Positions 26,808 through 32,000 of a DNA stretch of 32,000 nt are shown here, piece after piece (positions within the stretch are counted from its first letter, which is position 1; each line of letters opens with the position of its first letter). The stretch is from contig NC_007969.1 in assembly GCF_000013905.1 (NCBI RefSeq), positions 2,910,001-2,942,000 on the forward strand. The letters run 5' to 3'. A program made the position numbers and the translations under genes. Origin of the DNA: Psychrobacter cryohalolentis K5 (GTDB lineage: Bacteria; Pseudomonadota; Gammaproteobacteria; Pseudomonadales; Moraxellaceae). The notes beneath the pieces were generated by a model, which was not told the origin of the DNA, did not search any database, and saw only the letters and a list, made by a program, of their open reading frames with translations.

Positions 26808-26849
26808 AACTTATGAAGCTATCAAAACGAATAATAACTTGAGTAAATA

Positions 26850-27413
26850 ATGTCAATTTCTCTACAGACCTGCCCTTGCCAAATGAACCCGTCATCGGAT
26901 GACATTAGCGCGCCGCTACTTTATCAAGATTGCTGCCAGCCTTACCATGACAGTTTATTGAGCGAAGAAACTGATAAAGCTGACGGCATAAAAACTGAAA
27001 CTGCTGAACGCCTCATGCGCACGCGCTATAGTGCGTTTGTGTTGGTCAAGCCAAACTATATCGTCAAGACTACACTACCCGCGCAGCAAAATTTACTAGA
27101 TATTCAGGCGATTGAGAGTTGGGCAAAAGAGACGAACTGGGCAGGATTGGAAATCGTCGCGCACACGCCAAAGCTAGGTAAACGTCATGCGCAAGTTGAA
27201 TTTAAGGCTTACTTTAATGTCTCTGATAATGAAAATGATGGCTTGCAGGCGCATCATGAATTGTCTGCCTTTGTAAAAGTAACAGACAAAACGAACAACA
27301 ATGCGCAGTGGTACTTTTTAGATCCAACAGTAGAAATGACTATAACCCAAAAACAGCCGTGTATTTGCGGTTCGGGTGAGAAATTTAAGCGTTGTTGTGG
27401 AATGTATATTTAA
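26850..27413 (+). CDS. ychJ: YchJ-family (UPF0225) protein with SEC-C motifs
   Basis: N-terminal CPC...CC, then LMRTRYSAFV, QWYFLD and the C-terminal PCICGSGEKFKRCCG, paralleling E. coli YchJ. Confidence 0.8.
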   Translation: MSISLQTCPCQMNPSSDDISAPLLYQDCCQPYHDSLLSEETDKADGIKTETAERLMRTRYSAFVLVKPNYIVKTTLPAQQNLLDIQAIESWAKETNWAGLEIVAHTPKLGKRHAQVEFKAYFNVSDNENDGLQAHHELSAFVKVTDKTNNNAQWYFLDPTVEMTITQKQPCICGSGEKFKRCCGMYI

Positions 27414-27436
27414 TTAACATCCACTATTCACCACTC

Positions 27437-28360
27437 CTAAACACTCGCCCCAACTGCCCGTGCTACCGCAACGCCTTCCTCAATCGTCAAAAACTTGCGC
27501 TGGCTTGGGCTGTCTTTATAAATGACATCCCCATCTTGAAATATTAAGCACTCATTGACTGCCAACTGTTGCCATTTTTCATTTTCAGTCAATGGCACAG
27601 TCACTAAGATAGTCACTTTATCTTTATCAGTGGTCACATCACCAAAGTTAATCGCCAAATCATCATCTGCTAATTTCGCTTCACCAAATGGTGCTTTGCG
27701 CGTGAGATAAAACAGTAAACTGCCTGCATAAGCCAATTGCCATTGACCATTCGATATCAAGCAATTAAACAAACCGTTAGCGGATAAATAACGACATTGA
27801 GTCGTCAAAAAGTTAAACAGCGTTTTGTCATCCGGACGAGTTTTAAAGCTACTTTTCAGCCGATTGACCAGATAACAGAATGCCATTTCAGAATCAGTTG
27901 TGCCGACTGGTTGGCAATGTGAGGCATTACCATTGTCTTGCAGGCGCTGGCAGCGTTTAATAAATTCGCTATTCATCTGTCCGTTGTGCGCAAATACCCA
28001 CTGCTCGCCCCAGACTTCACGGACAAAAGGATGGGTATTCGCCAAACAATTCTGACCTTGGGTGGCTTTACGAATATGTGCGATAACATTCATCGCTTTA
28101 ATTGGATAATTATTAACCAAATCAGCAACGGGTGATAAATGGCTTGGGCGATTGTCATGGAATAAGCGTAGACCAGTCGAGGCATTGTCCGACTTTTCAC
28201 TATTAGAGCTGTCACTATTAGTGCATTCGCTACGCTCAAAAAAAGCAATACCAAAACCATCCTCATGACTGTCTGTCATGCCGCCGCGACGACGGAAGCC
28301 TGCAAAGCTAAAACCAATATCGGTTGGCGTATTACAGTTCATACCTAAAAGTTGACACAT
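27437..28360 (-). CDS. Class II glutamine amidotransferase (YafJ-like)
   Basis: MCQLLGMNCNTPTDIGFSF...RGGMTDSHEDGFGIAFF has the N-terminal Cys2 nucleophile context, followed by NTHPF and FAHNG. Confidence 0.8.
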   Translation of the reverse strand: MCQLLGMNCNTPTDIGFSFAGFRRRGGMTDSHEDGFGIAFFERSECTNSDSSNSEKSDNASTGLRLFHDNRPSHLSPVADLVNNYPIKAMNVIAHIRKATQGQNCLANTHPFVREVWGEQWVFAHNGQMNSEFIKRCQRLQDNGNASHCQPVGTTDSEMAFCYLVNRLKSSFKTRPDDKTLFNFLTTQCRYLSANGLFNCLISNGQWQLAYAGSLLFYLTRKAPFGEAKLADDDLAINFGDVTTDKDKVTILVTVPLTENEKWQQLAVNECLIFQDGDVIYKDSPSQRKFLTIEEGVAVARAVGASV

Positions 28361-28621
28361 TTATAGAGTACCGCCGTTATCGTCGTCTGTTTCAGGCAAG
28401 CTTGCCGCATCCTTATCAATACTATCCAAAATGCGTTTGGCATGCACCAAATCGGTATCTTGTACCCAAAGCACGATGCCAGAATTCATGCCAGGCATCG
28501 CACTCAGCGGTTGTAGAGAAACAGTAATATCATTATTACGCAGCAAATTGGCATGTAACTCACCTTGGATATTGGTATCGTAGCGTGCCAGTTTGTGCCA
28601 GTTATCAACTTGATCGGTCAT
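28361..28621 (-). CDS. Small hypothetical protein (possibly DUF2007-like), coupled to the amidotransferase
   Basis: 86 aa from the ATG at 28621. The stop TAA (28363-28361) directly abuts the downstream ATG (28360). The family guess is weak. Confidence 0.5.
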   Translation of the reverse strand: MTDQVDNWHKLARYDTNIQGELHANLLRNNDITVSLQPLSAMPGMNSGIVLWVQDTDLVHAKRILDSIDKDAASLPETDDDNGGTL

Positions 28622-28663
28622 GAGGTCGCCTTTATATTTGTGATACAAGAATGCTTAAAAAAA

Positions 28664-29833
28664 TTATACTAATTGATCGAGCGTATATTCTTTAATAATA
28701 AAATCGCTGCTATTACCTAAACTATCACATGTTTGCTCAGCTTGCGTAATACTGCTAAACACACCAGCTATCGGCTTTTCGATCTTATTATTAATAGCTA
28801 ACAGTACAAATACCGTATTTTGTGCTTTTTCAACATGTGACCAATGATAAGCGGCTAGACGCTTCATTAAGTCAGGGTTTTTGACCATGATGTTATCACC
28901 GGTACGACCTTCGGTACGGTTATAATGAATGACGTTGAGACGTAATAGCCAAAAAATCACCGCAGCTTTTGCGAGCATCACTGGTAGTGCACGCTTTTCA
29001 TCTTCACCGAGCATGCGTTTCGACTCATAGCCTTGCAAAAAAGCCGCCATTTTACTGCGGTCAAAATTCACCGACTCGCCTTGTTCAGCCATACCCCATG
29101 TGGTACAAAAATCATTAATCGTAATGGCAATATCCATCACATAATGTTCAACGCTGACTTCGGTGAAATCTAATAACCCAGTCAGATGCGCTTCACCTTT
29201 TTGACTGTTATTTAAAGATAAGTTCCATAAAGTATTATCAGCAAACATGTCTAAATGACATAAGCCTTTTGGCAAAGTGGCAAGTGGCAAGTCCGTATAA
29301 GATTGCCAAATATCACTCATCAGCTTGGCTTCATCAGCTGGCATAAACTGCTTTTCACGGTCGCGTACCTCGCTCCATGGATATAAAGGCACGCCATATT
29401 CTTCCGCAGGCTGTAGCTGTTGTAGCGTTTCATGCAATACTGCCAAAGACGCGCCAATTTCATGACACATCGCTTGCGTCGTCTGCTGTGGATGCGAGCC
29501 TGCCAAACATGGCACTAGCGTAATAGCTTTGTTGTCATAACGTATGACATAACATTTTTCTGCGCTATCAACCAATGATAATGGCGCCGCTACCGGCAAT
29601 TTACCATCTAATTGGTTTAAGATAACCGCCATTTTTTCGATGTCTTCTGGTGGACGCTCTTCAAACAAGGTAAACACATAAGAATGTGCGCCATCTACAT
29701 CGTCAGTCGTCTGAATAAACCAGTTAGAGTTTTTGATACCTTGGGTAATCGGAATGGCACGGGCGAACGATACGCCAAAACGTTGGCAAAAGGTAGCAAA
29801 TTGGTCATCGGTTAACTGGGTATAGACGGACAT
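28664..29833 (-). CDS. thrB: Homoserine kinase, kinase-fold type (ThrB, Pseudomonas type), with C-terminal extension
   Basis: MSVYTQLTDDQ...GIKNSNWFIQT, HLDMFADNTLW, GLLDFTE...MDIAITINDFC and FWLLRL parallel Pseudomonas ThrB as I remember it. About 55 extra residues follow at the C-terminus. Confidence 0.8.
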   Translation of the reverse strand: MSVYTQLTDDQFATFCQRFGVSFARAIPITQGIKNSNWFIQTTDDVDGAHSYVFTLFEERPPEDIEKMAVILNQLDGKLPVAAPLSLVDSAEKCYVIRYDNKAITLVPCLAGSHPQQTTQAMCHEIGASLAVLHETLQQLQPAEEYGVPLYPWSEVRDREKQFMPADEAKLMSDIWQSYTDLPLATLPKGLCHLDMFADNTLWNLSLNNSQKGEAHLTGLLDFTEVSVEHYVMDIAITINDFCTTWGMAEQGESVNFDRSKMAAFLQGYESKRMLGEDEKRALPVMLAKAAVIFWLLRLNVIHYNRTEGRTGDNIMVKNPDLMKRLAAYHWSHVEKAQNTVFVLLAINNKIEKPIAGVFSSITQAEQTCDSLGNSSDFIIKEYTLDQLV

Positions 29834-30012
29834 GACATCTCACTTATGGCAATTAAAAGAAGGTAAATAGATACGGTAATGACAATGATTGTACCGTGCA
29901 TGAGCAAACTTTGGTTAAAAGCATAATAATCTTGCGAAAACCTGCCTGAGATGGCAGTGATTTTGCTAGACTAGCGCTTATAGAATGAATTGATTATAAG
30001 GTGAAAGACCCT

Positions 30013-30795
30013 ATGTTAGCAAAGCGTATCATCCCTTGTTTGGACGTTGATAATGGGCGCGTGGTCAAAGGCGTACAATTTGTCGATATCAAAGATGCAG
30101 GTGACCCTGTCGAGGTAGCGAAACGCTACAATGAACAAGGCGCCGATGAGATTACTTTTTTGGACATTACTGCGACCAATGACGAGCGTGACACCACTTA
30201 CCATACGGTAGAACGTATGGCGGAAACGGTATTTGTGCCATTAACTGTCGGCGGCGGCGTGCGTAAAATTGCCGATATTCGTAATTTGCTCAATGCAGGC
30301 GCGGATAAAGTAGCGATCAATTCTGCTGCGGTATTTACCCCTGAGTTCGTCGGTGAAGCCTCGCAGAAATTCGGCAATCAATGTATCGTCGTTGCTATCG
30401 ATGCCAAGCGCGTTGCTGATATCGAGGTTGATGGCATTATCATGCCGCGTTGGGAAATATTTACCCACGGCGGTCGTAAGCCAACGGGCATTGATGCCGT
30501 CGCTTGGGCAAGCAAAATGGCTGAGCTTGGCGCCGGTGAATTATTGGTAACTTCTATGGATGGCGATGGCACCAAAAAAGGCTACGATTTGGCATTAATG
30601 AAGCAAATTACCAGTCGTGTAAATGTACCAGTTATCGCGTCAGGTGGCGTCGGTAATTTACAGCATTTAGCCGAAGGCGTATTAGAAGGCGGCGTCGATG
30701 CCGTCCTTGCTGCCAGTATTTTTCACTTTGGTGAGTATACCGTTCAAGAAGCCAAAGCATATATGGCAGCGCAAGGTATACAAATGCGTTTGTAA
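30013..30795 (+). CDS. hisF: Imidazole glycerol phosphate synthase, cyclase subunit
   Basis: [12 protein letters not shown]... is the canonical HisF N-terminus, so I prefer the ATG at 30013 over the GTG at 30001. A full-length (beta/alpha)8-type sequence follows. Confidence 0.95.
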   Translation: MLAKRIIPCLDVDNGRVVKGVQFVDIKDAGDPVEVAKRYNEQGADEITFLDITATNDERDTTYHTVERMAETVFVPLTVGGGVRKIADIRNLLNAGADKVAINSAAVFTPEFVGEASQKFGNQCIVVAIDAKRVADIEVDGIIMPRWEIFTHGGRKPTGIDAVAWASKMAELGAGELLVTSMDGDGTKKGYDLALMKQITSRVNVPVIASGGVGNLQHLAEGVLEGGVDAVLAASIFHFGEYTVQEAKAYMAAQGIQMRL

Positions 30796-31000
30796 GACGT
30801 TGGTAAAATACAAATATAGTAGAAAAAAATGTTATCATAGCGCTAACTGCTTATTATCATTTGGTTTTCGTTCATTTTACTGCCTATTTATCTGCTCACT
30901 AGCCAATTAAATAAGCGATTTGAACCTAGCAATATATTTAGATTCCTAATACTTAGATTCTTATACTTCTATTAATAGCCTATTCGGCAAAGGATTTTTT

Positions 31001-31522
31001 ATGTCAAATTTACAACAGCAACGCAATGACGTGACCCATATTGATGGCAATTTACATCAAAACGAGGACGTGCGTATCGGTATCGTCGTCGGTCGTTTTA
31101 ATGGTTTTGTCGTTGAGTCATTGGTTGATGGTGCGATTGATGCGTTGCTTCGTCATGGCGTATTGGGCAGTAACATCACTGTGATTCGTGTGCCGGGTGC
31201 TTTCGAGTTGCCATTGGTTGCACAGCGTGCTGCTGAGTCTGATCGCTTTGACGCTATCGTTGCTTTGGGTGCGATTATCCGTGGTAGCACGCCGCATTTT
31301 GACTTTGTCGCAAGCGAATCTGCTAAAGGTTTAAGCAGTGTTGCCATTGACTATAATATTCCAGTAGCAAACGGCGTATTGACTACTGACAGCATCGAGC
31401 AAGCGATTGAGCGTGCTGGTACTAAAGCTGGTAATAAAGGTTCAGAAGCAGCGATGGTTGTACTAGAAATGCTTGCTGTGTTATCACAGTTAGACATTGA
31501 TGATGGCAGCGAAGACGCTTAA
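31001..31522 (+). CDS. ribH: 6,7-dimethyl-8-ribityllumazine synthase
   Basis: [34 protein letters not shown] and GTKAGNKG motifs. AAAGGA lies upstream of the ATG. Confidence 0.95.
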   Translation: MSNLQQQRNDVTHIDGNLHQNEDVRIGIVVGRFNGFVVESLVDGAIDALLRHGVLGSNITVIRVPGAFELPLVAQRAAESDRFDAIVALGAIIRGSTPHFDFVASESAKGLSSVAIDYNIPVANGVLTTDSIEQAIERAGTKAGNKGSEAAMVVLEMLAVLSQLDIDDGSEDA

Positions 31523-31670
31523 TTGCACTCACTGTTAGCCGCATTTATGAGTATAAAATTATTATTTATTGTTTGAAACGGGGCTATGGTTATAACGATA
31601 GCCCTTAGCACTTTACAATAGCATTAGCATTAATATTTTAAATGATTATCGAACATCCATCTCCAAGACT

Positions 31671-31707
31671 GACTAGCAACATTTGCTAGTCGACCACTAT
31701 TTAACAT
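31671..31707 (+). promoter_or_regulatory. Perfect 9-bp hairpin followed by a BoxA-like sequence upstream of nusB
   Basis: GACTAGCAA (31671-31679), loop CAT, TTGCTAGTC (31683-31691). ACTATTTAACAT (31696-31707) follows and resembles E. coli rrn BoxA GCTCTTTAACAA. Confidence 0.4.
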
Positions 31708-31752
31708 TTTATTTTTAAACTTATTATCTCAAAAACTAGGTATAGACCCCTT

Positions 31753-32000
31753 ATGACTGACCAACTCAAGCGCGCTATTAGCGCTGCACAAACCGCACAA
31801 GTTAATGACCAACAAGCTGAAGCCACGCGCATCGCGAGCAGCAGTGCGGGCGATCAAACCTTTGATATGAGTGAGTCTTCTTATAAGACCAGTCACACTG
31901 CTATTCGTAAGGCACGCCGCTTTGCTATGCAAGGTCTATATGAATGGCTGGTTACTGACCGCCGTTTTGATATCGATGGCAAGCTTGGTTGGAAAGCCAA
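31753..32000 (+). CDS. nusB: Transcription antitermination factor NusB, 3'-truncated by the window edge
   Basis: This open frame runs off the window, so it is absent from the ORF track. ...[15 protein letters not shown] matches the NusB N-terminal helix, and it lies directly downstream of ribH as in many bacteria. The start is uncertain: ATG 31753 or ATG 31867. Confidence 0.75.
   Translation, partial: MTDQLKRAISAAQTAQVNDQQAEATRIASSSAGDQTFDMSESSYKTSHTAIRKARRFAMQGLYEWLVTDRRFDIDGKLGWKA

Noticed and set aside
30698-30910. The 70-aa + strand ORF overlapping the 3' end of hisF
   Set aside because: It starts inside hisF in another frame. It is Cys/Lys/Phe-rich low-complexity sequence with no RBS, and is most likely spurious.
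30796-31000. An FMN (RFN) riboswitch upstream of ribH
   Set aside because: The spacer is AT-rich and lacks the GC-rich conserved helices and the AGGG/CGGGG-type core blocks of RFN elements.
91-31932. The many 60-126-aa ORFs in the track that lie antisense to, or out of frame within, long well-supported genes. Examples: 91-303, 1947-2171, 3274-3474, 6325-6507, 7193-7551, 10227-10502, 12265-12504, 15521-15883, 23318-23728, 30016-30575 and 31729-31932.
   Set aside because: Each is fully embedded in a gene with strong family signatures. None has a recognisable motif or a ribosome-binding site that I could see, and their sizes are what chance gives in sequence of this composition.
1-32000. CRISPR arrays, IS elements/transposases, integrases and rRNA genes
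   Set aside because: I found no regularly spaced direct repeats, no DDE/tyrosine-recombinase-like ORFs, and no rRNA-like sequence while reading the window.

Overview
The window reads as chromosome from an AT-rich gammaproteobacterium. Gene order and the long low-complexity protein extensions look Moraxellaceae/Psychrobacter-like, but that is a guess I cannot confirm without a database search. It has two parts. (1) Roughly nt 1-5950 is a low-GC accessory segment. It holds a 5'-truncated SF2-helicase/Z1-domain gene translationally coupled to an AIPR-family gene, which together form a computationally predicted but experimentally uncharacterised defence module cut by the window edge. It also holds a twice-frameshifted umuD-like pseudogene with no umuC, an orphan membrane protein with a Tyr/Asp/Glu-rich tail, and a 533-bp ORF-free junction that is strongly G-depleted on the + strand. 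(2) The remaining ~26 kb is ordinary core genome. In order: a DUF218 protein, cls, rlmA, a short dcw block rsmH-ftsL-ftsI-murE-murF-mraY (no mraZ, and nothing after mraY), gltX, a small orphan ORF, and a tRNA-Ala(GGC)/tRNA-Glu(UUC) operon with a near-consensus sigma70 promoter. Then come a LysE-family exporter, acnA, DUF3025- and DUF457-like proteins, ychJ, a class-II glutamine amidotransferase with a small coupled partner, thrB, hisF, ribH and the 5' part of nusB. I saw no CRISPR array, transposase, integrase or rRNA gene. The best candidate for something new is the Z1/AIPR pair and its decaying surroundings. Secondary leads are a hairpin plus BoxA-like element in an unusually long ribH-nusB spacer, and the G-depleted tract (GGA-rich on the minus strand) at the island/core junction. 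All family assignments come from motif recognition in the supplied translations, not from searches.
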